Shown: in pieces, positions 21,980 to 32,513 of the stretch
Position numbering within the stretch: the first letter of the stretch is position 1
Layout: the number at the start of each line of letters is the position of its first letter
Source: Bacillota bacterium
GTDB taxonomy: Bacteria; Bacillota; Dethiobacteria; DTU022
Length of the DNA: 64,000 bases
NCBI GenBank assembly: GCA_030611385.1
Contig: JAUWPV010000001.1
Location: forward strand, 5,217-69,216
Direction: 5' to 3'
Position numbers and translations under genes: made by a program
Notes under the pieces: model-generated
The model's database searches: none
Told to the model about the DNA's origin: nothing
What the model saw: only the letters and a program-made list of their open reading frames with translations

Positions 21980-23050
21980 TTACTCACCAGTTCCTTTAAG
22001 TTTTTCTGCCCGATCATTAGCAATCAGTTCTCGAATAATGTCATCGAGATCTCCAGCCAGCACCAGATCGAGTTTGTGCAAAGTCAGGCCGATCCGGTGA
22101 TCAGTAACCCTGTTCTGAGGGAAATTATAGGTGCGAATTCTCTCACTACGGTCACCGCTGCCGACCAACGTTTTACGAGTCTGGGCTAACTCTGCGGTTT
22201 GCTCAGAAATAAATTTATCAAGTAACCGGCTGCGCAAAATCCGCAGAGCTTTTTCCTTGTTTTGAAGCTGTGATTTTTCATCCTGGCAACTTACGACTAC
22301 GCCTGTGGGTACATGTGTAATACGCACAGCCGACTGGGTAGTGTTGACACTCTGACCCCCGGGACCGGTCGCACAAAAAGTATCGATGCGCAAGTCCTGG
22401 GGGTTAACATCGATTTCAACCTCTTCCACCTCGGGCAGCACTGCTACTGTCGCCGCCGAGGTATGGATACGCCCTCCGGATTCGGTAGTCGGTATACGTT
22501 GAACCCTGTGAACGCCGCTTTCAAATTTTAAACGACTATAGGCGCCCTTTCCTTCCACACCAAGGATTACTTCTTTAAAACCACCGATGTCTGTTGGATG
22601 TGAGTTGACGATTTCAATTTTATAGTTGCTTCGCTCTGCATATCGTGAATACATCTTCAGCAGGTCGGCAGCAAACAAGGCCGCTTCTTCCCCGCCGGTG
22701 CCAGCCCTTATTTCTACAAATACACTTTTATCATCATACGGATCTTTTGGCAGCAACTGTTCCTTCAGCTCAACCTCGAGCCGATCTTTCTCCTGATTCA
22801 GGGTTTCGGCTTCCGAACGGAGAAAATCCATCATCTCAGCATCTTCACTACCCTGTAGCATTGCTTCCGCTTCATCGGTTTCACGGTTAATCTCTTTAAG
22901 GTGGCGAAATAACTCGACAACCTGACTGATCGAAGCTATTTCCCGGGACATCTTCAACCATTCCTCACGCTGATCAACTGCTTTAGGGTCACTGAGAAGC
23001 TGTTCGAGTTCACTATATCTCTTCTCAATCAGCTCCAATCTTTCATACAT
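21980..23050 (-). CDS. prfA: Peptide chain release factor 1
   Basis: GGQ motif (GPGGQSVN) and PxT-class RF1 features; 356 aa. Confidence 0.95.
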   Translation of the reverse strand: MYERLELIEKRYSELEQLLSDPKAVDQREEWLKMSREIASISQVVELFRHLKEINRETDEAEAMLQGSEDAEMMDFLRSEAETLNQEKDRLEVELKEQLLPKDPYDDKSVFVEIRAGTGGEEAALFAADLLKMYSRYAERSNYKIEIVNSHPTDIGGFKEVILGVEGKGAYSRLKFESGVHRVQRIPTTESGGRIHTSAATVAVLPEVEEVEIDVNPQDLRIDTFCATGPGGQSVNTTQSAVRITHVPTGVVVSCQDEKSQLQNKEKALRILRSRLLDKFISEQTAELAQTRKTLVGSGDRSERIRTYNFPQNRVTDHRIGLTLHKLDLVLAGDLDDIIRELIANDRAEKLKGTGE

Positions 23051-23178
23051 TTACGGTCACCTCTTACTCCATTTCATCGGCTCATTCAATCTGTTTAACG
23101 GGTTTGATGGATGCTTCTAAGAGTACCTATTCGCTTAATCACTATGTCCCATTCACATTAAATAATCCTCTCAAACTA

Positions 23179-23208
23179 GAAAAAGAGCAGAGCACTTGTG
23201 CTCTGCTC
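23179..23208 (-). terminator. Rho-independent terminator downstream of rpmE
   Basis: A perfect 11-bp inverted repeat GAGCAGAGCAC..GTGCTCTGCTC. It is followed on the minus strand by TTTTTC. Confidence 0.75.
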
Positions 23209-23213
23209 CCGGT

Positions 23214-23411
23214 TTACATGCCGTATTTGCGTTTGAATCGCTCCACACGCCCACCAGTATCCACGAACTTCTGTTTACCAGTAAAAAATGGATGACACTT
23301 TGAGCATATTTCCACTCTCAGGGTTTCCCTGGTCGAACCGGCTTCAAATGATTCACCGCAGGCGCAGGAAACCGTTGCTTGGTAATACTTTGGGTGTAAA
23401 TCCGCTTTCAT
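23214..23411 (-). CDS. rpmE: 50S ribosomal protein L31 (zinc-ribbon type)
   Basis: [49 protein letters not shown] shows the CxxC...CxxC motif. The ORF-track start at 23420 is 3 codons upstream of this. Confidence 0.9.
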   Translation of the reverse strand: MKADLHPKYYQATVSCACGESFEAGSTRETLRVEICSKCHPFFTGKQKFVDTGGRVERFKRKYGM

Positions 23412-23513
23412 TAACTTCAACCTCCTTCGTCCTTTTCCAGAAACAAATCATAGCATATTGCCTCTCACTCTGCAACCGCGGGAATTGCTATTTGACCGGT
23501 CGGGGGGAACATA

Positions 23514-24764
23514 TTACATTGTGTGCATATTGCTCAGGAATTCCTCGTTAGATTTTGTCTTTTTAAGCCTGCCCATCAGCGCTTCCAGGAACTCGACACT
23601 GGTGCTGCTGCCCATCGCTCGCCGCAGTGCCCACATCAGTTCTATTTTATGCTCATCAAGTAATAGTTCCTCACGGCGTGTTCCTGAACGGGATATATCA
23701 ATAGCCGGAAATATTCGACGTTCTGAAATACGCCGGTCCAAATGCAATTCCATATTGCCGGTACCTTTAAATTCTTCGTAAACAACATCGTCCATCCTGC
23801 TGCCTGTATCGACGATCGCTGTAGCCAGAACGGTCAGACTGCCTCCGCCATCTATGTTCCTGGCCGCACCAAAAAAGCGTTTGGGCTTGTAAAAGGCACC
23901 TGGATCAATACCCCCTGAAAGAGTCCTTCCGCTGGGCGGAATTACCAGGTTGTAAGCCCTGGTCAGCCTGGTTATACTATCAAGGAGAACGGCAACATCG
24001 CGTCCCTGTTCAACCAGGCGCTGTGACCGCTCAAGCACCAACTCGGCAATACGAATGTGGTTTTCCGGTTTCTGGTCAAAAGTAGAACTAACCACATCAG
24101 CATCAACACTGCGTTCCATATCGGTAACCTCTTCAGGCCGTTCATCAATCAATAAAATGATTAACTCAATTTCAGGATGATTTACTGAAATACTATTTGC
24201 CAGCTGTTTTAATAGCATCGTTTTACCGGCTTTCGGCGGTGACACAACCAACCCACGCTGCCCCTTGCCAATTGGAATTAACAGGTCGATAATCCGTGTC
24301 GATAAAATATGCGACGTGGTCTCCATCCGGATAATTTCATCAGGATGGACCGGGACCAGGGAAGTGAAGACCGGCCGGTTGGCTAATTTCTCAGGATCTT
24401 CTCCGTTGATCTCCGCTACCTGTAGAAGGGCATAATAACGTTCCTTATCTTTTGGCGGGCGAATACGACCGGTAATGATATCTCCTGTCCGCATATTGAA
24501 ACGGCGAATCTGCGATGCCGATATATATATGTCATCATCAGAAAATAAATATTTTTTCCTCCGTAAAAAACCAAAACCGTCATTCATAATTTCAAGCATT
24601 CCAGATGCGCTGTACTGATCTCCGTTTTCGGAGAACAACCTGGTCAGCGAATCAATTAACTCCTGCTTGCGCATGGTAGACTGACTCTTTATCTCATGTT
24701 CCTTGGCTAACCGATGCAGATCACTCAAAGTCATTATATCTAATTTTTCTGTATCCAAAACCAA
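23514..24764 (-). CDS. rho: Transcription termination factor Rho
   Basis: 416 aa with an N-terminal RNA-binding domain and a RecA-like ATPase with Walker A (PPKAGKT). Confidence 0.95.
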   Translation of the reverse strand: MVLDTEKLDIMTLSDLHRLAKEHEIKSQSTMRKQELIDSLTRLFSENGDQYSASGMLEIMNDGFGFLRRKKYLFSDDDIYISASQIRRFNMRTGDIITGRIRPPKDKERYYALLQVAEINGEDPEKLANRPVFTSLVPVHPDEIIRMETTSHILSTRIIDLLIPIGKGQRGLVVSPPKAGKTMLLKQLANSISVNHPEIELIILLIDERPEEVTDMERSVDADVVSSTFDQKPENHIRIAELVLERSQRLVEQGRDVAVLLDSITRLTRAYNLVIPPSGRTLSGGIDPGAFYKPKRFFGAARNIDGGGSLTVLATAIVDTGSRMDDVVYEEFKGTGNMELHLDRRISERRIFPAIDISRSGTRREELLLDEHKIELMWALRRAMGSSTSVEFLEALMGRLKKTKSNEEFLSNMHTM

Positions 24765-24777
24765 CCACCACCTTTAA

Positions 24778-25779
24778 TTAATTACCACCAGCCTTAAAGA
24801 GTAAAACTACCGTTACCAAGTAACCGGCCAGCACCAGCAAGACATCATAACCAATACGGGCAACTTTCCTCTTCGATCGGTAAGTCAGGCCCAAAATAAT
24901 CACAGTGCTCAAAAGAATAACCATTACCGCCGATAACAGGTTGCTGTCGGATACAGCGTATAGCAGTGGTCCGCGGCGATAAAAAAGGTCGGCCAAAAAC
25001 ACAATGAAGAGGTTCATAAAATTTGCCCCGAATACATTGGCCACAGCCATATCAATATAACCAAGCCTTACCGCAGTTATTATCGTTACGGTTTCCGGGA
25101 GAGATGTGCTCATCGCTAAAAATATTGAGCCGACAAAAGTGTGCCCCAGGCCGGTTAATACAGCAATCTGATCGGATGCATCGGTAAGGAATACCCCAGC
25201 AACAAGGATTAATCCGGCCGCGATTAAAAATTGTAGCAGAGCCTGCCCTGTTGAAACGGGTTTTTTTGAATCATGAACTTCATCACCGACAGGAGGTAAC
25301 GACAGGTTCTTTCGCTCATACCGATATAGCAACCTGCTGCCGAAAATATAAACCAGGGCAATAAATAAAGTTTCAACGCCAACCCAACCTATCGGAAGGT
25401 AAACAACTCTCAGCATAGCTATTGAAACAAGACATACTGAGATTATACTCAGAGAAGCTGTTACGATATGCCCTTGATTAATACGGGCTGTTAAAGCGCC
25501 ACGCCCCTCCAGCAGGTCAATTACAGCTAACAGAGTTAGATTATAGAGGCAGCTGCCGAGGATGTTGCCAATTGCCAGATCCGGTGCATCGATCATAACT
25601 GCACTGAGCGTAGTAACCAGCTCTGGAGAAGATGTAGCCAGAGGGAGCAATATTACTCCCGCCCAAGCAGTTCCGATACCGATATTCCCAGCAACAACAG
25701 CCGCACTCCTGGCCAGCCTGCTCCCCGCAAATACAATTATTGCTGCACAAATTAAGAACTGCAACCATGGATTGATCAT
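24778..25779 (-). CDS. Ca2+/Na+ antiporter (CaCA family, YrbG-like)
   Basis: 333 aa polytopic membrane protein with two alpha-repeat motifs (GNIGIGTAWAG..TSSPEL and GTSLPE). Confidence 0.8.
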   Translation of the reverse strand: MINPWLQFLICAAIIVFAGSRLARSAAVVAGNIGIGTAWAGVILLPLATSSPELVTTLSAVMIDAPDLAIGNILGSCLYNLTLLAVIDLLEGRGALTARINQGHIVTASLSIISVCLVSIAMLRVVYLPIGWVGVETLFIALVYIFGSRLLYRYERKNLSLPPVGDEVHDSKKPVSTGQALLQFLIAAGLILVAGVFLTDASDQIAVLTGLGHTFVGSIFLAMSTSLPETVTIITAVRLGYIDMAVANVFGANFMNLFIVFLADLFYRRGPLLYAVSDSNLLSAVMVILLSTVIILGLTYRSKRKVARIGYDVLLVLAGYLVTVVLLFKAGGN

Positions 25780-26025
25780 ATTGCTCCCAAAATATCGCGC
25801 TAATTGTGTTCCCGCCGATTACAGCATTAAGTAAACGGGCACATTCAGGCTCAAATTCCTCTATAAAGGGGGATGATAAATATTAATCGCAAAAAGATTT
25901 TACTTCGGGATAGTATACTGCACATTGTAGCAGATTTATCATGAATTGAATACCGGTAGGTTAATATTCTCTATACTTTGGAATATTCCTGCTTCCAGGA
26001 ATGAAAAGTTACAATATCTAGAGAA

Positions 26026-26649
26026 TTACCTCTTGAAATCGCTTAAAAATGGGTTAGATACCGCTTCCGCGCCAATTGTCGTTTCCGGCCCGTGACCCGG
26101 ATAGACAACAGTTTCTGGGGATAATACCAGTATTCGTTCTTGAATACTTTTCATTAATACTGCAGCCGACCCTCCGGCAAGGTCCGTCCGCCCAACTGAG
26201 CCTGCAAATAGCGTATCTCCACAAAAAACCACCGAGTCCCCGAGAAGACAAATTCCACCGGTTGTGTGGCCTGGTGTTTCGATTATTTTCAGGCTAAGCT
26301 TTCCAAAGGTAATCCGATCTCCTTCGGCAATAAAATGATCAGGCTGTGGCTGTTTGCGTAAAACAAGGCTTAATCCGAAACCCGGGTTATTATATAGCTC
26401 AATATCTTTTTTTGATATCATGATCGGGACTTTGAATTCTTCTTTTAATATGCTATTTGCTCCGATATGATCAACATGGCCGTGCGTATTGATAATATAT
26501 TTGACATCCAGATTCAGGGTTTTTATCTTTTCAATAATCCTTTTACCTTCCGCGCCAGGATCTATAATAACGGTTTCATTCGTTTCCGGACAAGAGACCA
26601 GATAGCAATTCGTAGCAAACGTGCTGACTGTGATCGAGATTATGTTCAT
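26026..26649 (-). CDS. MBL-fold metallo-hydrolase (glyoxalase II-like)
   Basis: HGHVDHIG beta-lactamase-fold motif; 207 aa. Confidence 0.85.
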   Translation of the reverse strand: MNIISITVSTFATNCYLVSCPETNETVIIDPGAEGKRIIEKIKTLNLDVKYIINTHGHVDHIGANSILKEEFKVPIMISKKDIELYNNPGFGLSLVLRKQPQPDHFIAEGDRITFGKLSLKIIETPGHTTGGICLLGDSVVFCGDTLFAGSVGRTDLAGGSAAVLMKSIQERILVLSPETVVYPGHGPETTIGAEAVSNPFLSDFKR

Positions 26650-26683
26650 TATTTTATCCCTCCTTCGTCTTTATACAATCTAC

Positions 26684-27622
26684 TTAATAAGCTGCTTCAC
26701 CTGATTGTTTCCAACCAAGCGTGGCCTTGACTGCGGGAAGTAGATCGGTCAGGTTTTTTAATCTGGGATGAAGAACACTACGCAGTTCCAGATCACCAAC
26801 CAGTAGCGCGGGAACTTGATTCAGGGTATGATCCCTGATCGTAAGGTCTTCGAGATTGCCATGATCACTGGTAACAAACAAAGTTGTTTCTTCAGGGTTT
26901 ATTTTATCCGCCAGTTCACCAATAAACCGATCTAAAATTGAGATTATACGACCAGCCTCAGAATGATCAGCCAGGTGGCCGGCTAAATCGCTGAGAAAAT
27001 ATTCGAAAAGACAAAAATCATAGTTTCTGCTGATAGTAATAAGCCGCTCCGCTCCCTCTTCGGGTGTGATTAATGGAACATCATAACCCATACGCTGTAA
27101 AATATCGTTTGTAATGTCCATGAAGAGAGCTTTACCAGCTTTTAAATCATTTATGCTATAAAAGGGTAAACCACCGTAGTAAGTGATCAGGGTTGAACAG
27201 GAATAGCGGTTTCCGGGCAACCCCCGGCGCAGCAGATCGAAGAAAAGCGGCCGATAGGCATTGGCAAAAGCTACCTGGTAACCTTTACTCTTCAGCCATC
27301 TGAACAGTCCTTTTAAAGAAAGTAATTTTCGCAGTTTCTGATCTGGAAAACCGTTTAAATGACCGCCCATAAAAGCAGCGGCATTGATACCGGTAAAAAT
27401 AGAAGCTTGACCGGTAGCGCTTTGCGGCAACCCTGATACCCCCAGAGCAGCATCGAGCCCGAGGAGGGAGGCCTGTCCCCCTCTGTAGTTGGCAGAATCA
27501 GCAGTGAGGTTTTTCCCATCGAGTAGCTTAGAGATGCCCGGTGTTTCGGTATAAATAAAAGGGTTGTCGGGTTGCTCTCTTCCCAGCCCAATCCCATCAA
27601 TAAAAATAAAAAGCAGTCGCAA
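26684..27622 (-). CDS. Alkaline-phosphatase-superfamily metalloenzyme (cofactor-independent phosphoglycerate mutase / phosphopentomutase-like)
   Basis: N-terminal FIDGIGLG and C-terminal TSDHGN metal-ligand motifs are typical of AlkP-core enzymes; 312 aa. Confidence 0.55.
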   Translation of the reverse strand: MRLLFIFIDGIGLGREQPDNPFIYTETPGISKLLDGKNLTADSANYRGGQASLLGLDAALGVSGLPQSATGQASIFTGINAAAFMGGHLNGFPDQKLRKLLSLKGLFRWLKSKGYQVAFANAYRPLFFDLLRRGLPGNRYSCSTLITYYGGLPFYSINDLKAGKALFMDITNDILQRMGYDVPLITPEEGAERLITISRNYDFCLFEYFLSDLAGHLADHSEAGRIISILDRFIGELADKINPEETTLFVTSDHGNLEDLTIRDHTLNQVPALLVGDLELRSVLHPRLKNLTDLLPAVKATLGWKQSGEAAY

Positions 27623-27636
27623 TTATTACCTCCGCC

Positions 27637-28863
27637 TTACTCCTCCGGATCAACCTCATTTTCTTCGACTTCTACTTCTGGTTCCATTTCTGCTGGTTCT
27701 ACATGTGCGGGTAAAAGCTCCGGCCGCTCTCCAAGAGTAACAGTCACTTCGACTTTCTGTCCTTCCCGGAAATAGGTTAGTGTAATGGTATCATCAGGAT
27801 AATAGAGAAATAAACGATCAAATAGTTGGGCCAGGTAAAGAACGTCACGGCCGTCTATAGCCACGATAATATCTCCGGCCACTAAGCCAGCTTTATCGGC
27901 GGCACTTTCAGGAACCACTTCAAGGATCAGAACTCCCTTTTCTGGTTCCTGATCGCTATAATCAAACCAGTCACCGATGACCACTCCCAGGTGCGGTCGA
28001 ATTACCCGGCCGTGCTCCCGGAGATCACCCATTACTCTTTTCACTATATTACTTGGAATAGATAGGCCGATCCCCTCGACCCCGGCAAGGGATATTTTAG
28101 CGGTGATGATACCAATAATTTCTCCTTGCAAATTGATCAGCGGCCCACCGCTGTTCCCCGGATTAACCAGGGCATCGGTCTGAATATAGGTATAGACATA
28201 TTCACTTCCGGGAACACTGACCTGACGTCCGACTGCGCTGATAATACCGGCAGTTACAGTTTGCTGAAAATAACCGAGTGGATTGCCAATGGCAACCACG
28301 GTTTCACCAATCCGTAATTTCTCCGAATCACCAAATGCGATATCCCTGAGACCGGTTTCTTCTATTCGTAAAAGAGCGAGATCAGTCAAGGCATCCGTCC
28401 CGATAAGCTCAGCATTATAACGCCCTTTATTAGGGATTAAAACGGTAATTTTATCTGCGTTTTCAATAACATGTTGGTTCGTAATGATATAACCATCTGC
28501 TGAAATAATTACTCCTGAGCCTGATTCTATTTCCTGTAGACTCTGTTCAGCGGAGTTGGAAATATAAACATGCTTTTGTACACCAACCACTGCCGGTATG
28601 ACTCTATCGATGGTATCTACAAGGCTGGAATCGGGGCTGACTGGTAAGACTGTCACTACTTCCAAGTCTTCTTGAGCAGAATCAATTGTCGAATCTTCTA
28701 CCTGGGGAGCTAAAAAGGCTGTGACTAAACCATAGACCAGTACAGCACCAAGGAAGATACCGAATATCCCAAATGACAGGTATCCGATAAATGACCAGAA
28801 ACCTCTCCGATGCGACAGTGCATTGTAATCTTCATGACGTTCCATAGGGCAACTCCTCCTCAT
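27637..28863 (-). CDS. htrA: HtrA/DegP-family serine protease with N-terminal TM anchor and C-terminal PDZ domain
   Basis: Catalytic GNSGGPLIN motif (serine) and TDAL region. There is a hydrophobic N-terminal helix and a PDZ-like segment. The true start may be the internal MERHEDY. Confidence 0.85.
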   Translation of the reverse strand: MRRSCPMERHEDYNALSHRRGFWSFIGYLSFGIFGIFLGAVLVYGLVTAFLAPQVEDSTIDSAQEDLEVVTVLPVSPDSSLVDTIDRVIPAVVGVQKHVYISNSAEQSLQEIESGSGVIISADGYIITNQHVIENADKITVLIPNKGRYNAELIGTDALTDLALLRIEETGLRDIAFGDSEKLRIGETVVAIGNPLGYFQQTVTAGIISAVGRQVSVPGSEYVYTYIQTDALVNPGNSGGPLINLQGEIIGIITAKISLAGVEGIGLSIPSNIVKRVMGDLREHGRVIRPHLGVVIGDWFDYSDQEPEKGVLILEVVPESAADKAGLVAGDIIVAIDGRDVLYLAQLFDRLFLYYPDDTITLTYFREGQKVEVTVTLGERPELLPAHVEPAEMEPEVEVEENEVDPEE

Positions 28864-28932
28864 AATTCAGTTTATAACATCAGTTCTCTGCCGTAAAGGG
28901 TCGCCCCGCCTTAGAAACCTTCGCTTGTTCTA

Positions 28933-30222
28933 TCAATCCCGAGTCCCAGATTGAATATTGTAGTCTTTTTCTCTGACCCGCTGGATAGACGCGCCAAGAT
29001 GTATCAGTTTTTGTTCAAAGTTTTCGTAACCGCGATCAACATGTTCCACTGCAGTAATCTGGCTTTCTCCGTCAGCCATCAGTGCAGCAATAATCAAGGC
29101 TGCCCCTGATCGTAAATCGGAGGCTGCAACAGGCGCGCCTGATAATCCAATGCCACCTTCAATCAGGGCGGTTCGCCCTTCAACCTTGATGCGAGCACCC
29201 ATTCTTTTAAGTTCATCAACATGGTTGTAGCGGCCGTCGAAAACATTCTCTGTAATCACACTGAGACCTTTCGCTGCCGTTAAAAGGACCATACCCGGAG
29301 GCTGAAGATCGGTCGGAAATCCCGGATAGGGAAAGGTTTTTAGATCCGCAGGAAGAAGTGATTCAACCCCTTCAACCATTATTCTTTCCGGTTCAACCTC
29401 TACTCTTACCCCCATTTCTCTCAGCTTCGCTGTAGTAGCTTCGAGGTGCTTGGGGATTATATCTTCAACAATGACGCTGCCGCCAGTGGCAGCGGCAGCG
29501 ATCATAAATGTGCCCGCTTCAATTCTATCCGGTATCACCGTGTGACTGGCTCCGGAAAACTTATTTACCCCGTCAATTCTGATCACATCGGTACCGGCGC
29601 CCCGGATCGATGCGCCCATTGCATTAAGAAAATTGGCAAGGTCAACAATCTCCGGTTCCTTAGCTGCATTTTCCAGGATAGTCCTGCCCTCGGCCGCTGC
29701 TGCTGCTATCATCAGGTTTATAGTTGCACCTATGCTGACCACATCTAAATAGATACGGGCACCAACCAATTTATCGGCTGATAATTTTATCATACCGTGT
29801 TCAATATTTATCCCTGCTCCCAAAGCAGAAAAACCCTTTAGATGTTGATCAATCGGCCTCGGTCCCAGGTCACAACCTCCGGGAATGGGAACTACTGCCC
29901 GGCCAAAACGAGCCAAAAGACTGCCCATAAAGTAGTATGAAGCACGCATTTTTTTTACCAGTTCGTAGGAAGGGGCGATTTTTGCGATACTGGAGGGAGT
30001 AAGTTCCAGCGCATTTTTACCGCGCCTGCGGATCGACACACCAAGATTCTCTAAAATGCAGATCATTGTATGCACATCAGTAATATCCGGCAGATTTTCG
30101 ATAAAAACAGTACCTGCTGTCAGAATTGCCGCCGGAAGAATTGCTACGGCAGCGTTTTTAGAACCACTTATTTTAACCCTGCCTGACAGGGCAGTTTTTC
30201 CTCTGACAATAATTTTTTCCAT
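28933..30222 (-). CDS. murA: UDP-N-acetylglucosamine 1-carboxyvinyltransferase paralog (MurA2/MurZ-like)
   Basis: 429 aa, collinear with the MurA at 4262..5548 (KISGSKNAAVAILPAAIL N-terminus). Confidence 0.9.
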   Translation of the reverse strand: MEKIIVRGKTALSGRVKISGSKNAAVAILPAAILTAGTVFIENLPDITDVHTMICILENLGVSIRRRGKNALELTPSSIAKIAPSYELVKKMRASYYFMGSLLARFGRAVVPIPGGCDLGPRPIDQHLKGFSALGAGINIEHGMIKLSADKLVGARIYLDVVSIGATINLMIAAAAAEGRTILENAAKEPEIVDLANFLNAMGASIRGAGTDVIRIDGVNKFSGASHTVIPDRIEAGTFMIAAAATGGSVIVEDIIPKHLEATTAKLREMGVRVEVEPERIMVEGVESLLPADLKTFPYPGFPTDLQPPGMVLLTAAKGLSVITENVFDGRYNHVDELKRMGARIKVEGRTALIEGGIGLSGAPVAASDLRSGAALIIAALMADGESQITAVEHVDRGYENFEQKLIHLGASIQRVREKDYNIQSGTRD

Positions 30223-30282
30223 AACTACCTCCCCTTAAATAAGGTATAGTTTTTAGCCAAAATCCGGCTGACCGGGTCCCGA

Positions 30283-31194
30283 CTAAGGTAATTGCTTCGG
30301 GATAATACTGTCCTGCTCTAAATTTCCGGTAAAAGCATTAATATAATAACAATCCTGTCCATCGAGGACAACCCTCCAAACCGGCGGTATTTCCCATTTT
30401 TCCGCATCATATTCTCCACTGAAATAACCCAGGTCTATACGATTAATCATTCGCGGTTCACTGTTCGGACCAAGTCCCTTAACTAAGTTAGTCAAAGCTT
30501 CGGTTGCCGAAATCACTTCCATTTCCCTGACCGGACCACGTTCGATCAGCTTCAACCAATAAATCTCTACTGCTTTAATATTATCTGACTCAATAATAAC
30601 TTTAAGTTGGCCGGCAAAGATAGGCATATTATCAAGAACCTGATAATAATATAAAATCATACTCCCTGCTTCGGTCTTTTCCAGATAATCGAACACAATC
30701 CCTTCTGGCATTAGCTCTTTCTCGTTTATAAATTGCTCTACCAAGCTTTTTAGCTCACTCAGCTCTAGATTGATGGAATCTTCGGCAAGAAATATTCCGG
30801 AATCATACAAAATCTGGGTCAGGCCGCTTGAGTTGAAAACGGCCGTCTCTCCTGTTGTAATGTATATCGAGGCTCCTTCAAATTCCTGAACTAAAGCTCC
30901 TTTTTCAATTAACCTCCCCATGATCTGCATCTGAATATCAGAAGTCGATGAAACAGTAAGAAAATCACTCGTCTGAATCGCCCGATCCAGAGAAGCCTCC
31001 AGAAAGTAATTGTTATTTTTAAGAATCGCTTCGGTAATGCGCATCTCTTCAGCCGTCACAGCAACACTGGTCAACCGTCCAAAATCGGGCCAAAAAAGAT
31101 GGTACCCCAAGAATAGGTTTAAACCAATAAAAGCAATAATTAATATTGATTTGGCCCGTCCGAGGTTCATAACATCTCCTCCTCGCTTAGCCAA
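30283..31194 (-). CDS. yycI: Two-component system WalK regulator YycI-like protein
   Basis: About 300 aa. It has a single N-terminal TM helix and an extracytoplasmic domain. It sits immediately downstream of a YycH-like gene in a walRK operon. Confidence 0.65.
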   Translation of the reverse strand: MAKRGGDVMNLGRAKSILIIAFIGLNLFLGYHLFWPDFGRLTSVAVTAEEMRITEAILKNNNYFLEASLDRAIQTSDFLTVSSTSDIQMQIMGRLIEKGALVQEFEGASIYITTGETAVFNSSGLTQILYDSGIFLAEDSINLELSELKSLVEQFINEKELMPEGIVFDYLEKTEAGSMILYYYQVLDNMPIFAGQLKVIIESDNIKAVEIYWLKLIERGPVREMEVISATEALTNLVKGLGPNSEPRMINRIDLGYFSGEYDAEKWEIPPVWRVVLDGQDCYYINAFTGNLEQDSIIPKQLP

Positions 31195-32513
31195 TCTAAA
31201 CTGTCAGCCTTTAAATAGAATTTATAATTATTTATTTTAATAAACCAAACGGGCTCGCCCCGGAAAGCGACAGCAGAACCTGTTAATACATAACCCAGCT
31301 CCATTGCTTCGAGACGTAAAACAGATTCTGTTCCTGGTTGTTCTGCATTAAAAATCTTTATCGCTGCCTTCAGGGCACTGGCCCATCCAGCAACGGGCAA
31401 TTTTTCTTCACCACCAGTCAATATACCTCCAACAGAAAACAAAGCCCTGGTATAATGGGTAAGACCACGATCATTAAATAATGCCCTAGTCGGTTTATTT
31501 ACATAAAGAGGGAATCCCTGATAGAACATCTTCCATTCTGCCATATAATAAGCCGTTCGGCCCTGCCTGATCAAACCAAGTTCTTCCAGGCGGAGACCAG
31601 CCGGCCAGCCACCATGATAACTGATTAGGTTGCTGCTATTAGCCAGAGCGTCGGGGTAAGACGAAGTAGCCTGCCCTTCCTCCAGCCGGGGGTACGAATA
31701 CTCGAGACCAACATTTGTCAAACGCAGGCCTCTCTCACCGTCAGTATAAATCAGGCCACCATCTTTCTCTTCAATAATACGGGCCAGATTGTAATCGATA
31801 AAAAATGTTTTTAGAATAAGATCCCGGTCAACTATCTCCGGTTTTAATATCAAAATGTCCATATATACGGGCTCTTCGGGCACAAAAACTGATGCCCGTA
31901 TCTCTAATTCTCTGTTTGTCAATCCAGATATTCGATCGGCTGTCAAAACTGTATACAATATTCTTTCTTCAGAAGACAGTTCAGCCATAAGCTGAAGAAA
32001 TAGTTCTTTTTTGTCCGGTGGTATCAGCAGTTTTGCCGTTGAATCACTATCTGAATCTGATAAGGTCAGCCATAAATCACTATCCTGAGAGCTTAACTGA
32101 ATTTGATTAATCATTGAATAAGGAGCACTGGCTAGCCAGGGCGAATCAGATCCCACCGGTAAAACAGGTTTAAAATATACAACAAGCAGGTTACGGAAAC
32201 CTTCCATCGATACATTGCCATCTATAACAGATTCTTGTTTCATGTTTTGCAGTTGCTGAGACAAAGCTCCCCATAAAGAATGGAAGTCAGGATTGCCCTC
32301 TTTCAATACGTAATGTCCTCTTTCAGTTCCTACAATAATCTGAGCCGGAGTAATTATATCTACCAGCAGACGGGGTTTTTCTGCAATGACCCTTTCATAG
32401 ACGTCTTCAGTAATTAAATGAGTTGGCTTTTGCCCATACCATAACTGGTAAGTCAGAAAAAGACTGAGGGAAACCAGAAATAATAGTAGTATACTTTTAA
32501 TCCGTTCAATCAC
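31167..32513 (-). CDS. yycH: Two-component system WalK regulator YycH-like protein
   Basis: 448 aa with an N-terminal TM helix, positioned directly after walK and overlapping it by 4 nt. Length and topology match YycH. Confidence 0.65.
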   Translation of the reverse strand: MIERIKSILLLFLVSLSLFLTYQLWYGQKPTHLITEDVYERVIAEKPRLLVDIITPAQIIVGTERGHYVLKEGNPDFHSLWGALSQQLQNMKQESVIDGNVSMEGFRNLLVVYFKPVLPVGSDSPWLASAPYSMINQIQLSSQDSDLWLTLSDSDSDSTAKLLIPPDKKELFLQLMAELSSEERILYTVLTADRISGLTNRELEIRASVFVPEEPVYMDILILKPEIVDRDLILKTFFIDYNLARIIEEKDGGLIYTDGERGLRLTNVGLEYSYPRLEEGQATSSYPDALANSSNLISYHGGWPAGLRLEELGLIRQGRTAYYMAEWKMFYQGFPLYVNKPTRALFNDRGLTHYTRALFSVGGILTGGEEKLPVAGWASALKAAIKIFNAEQPGTESVLRLEAMELGYVLTGSAVAFRGEPVWFIKINNYKFYLKADSLDWLSEEEML

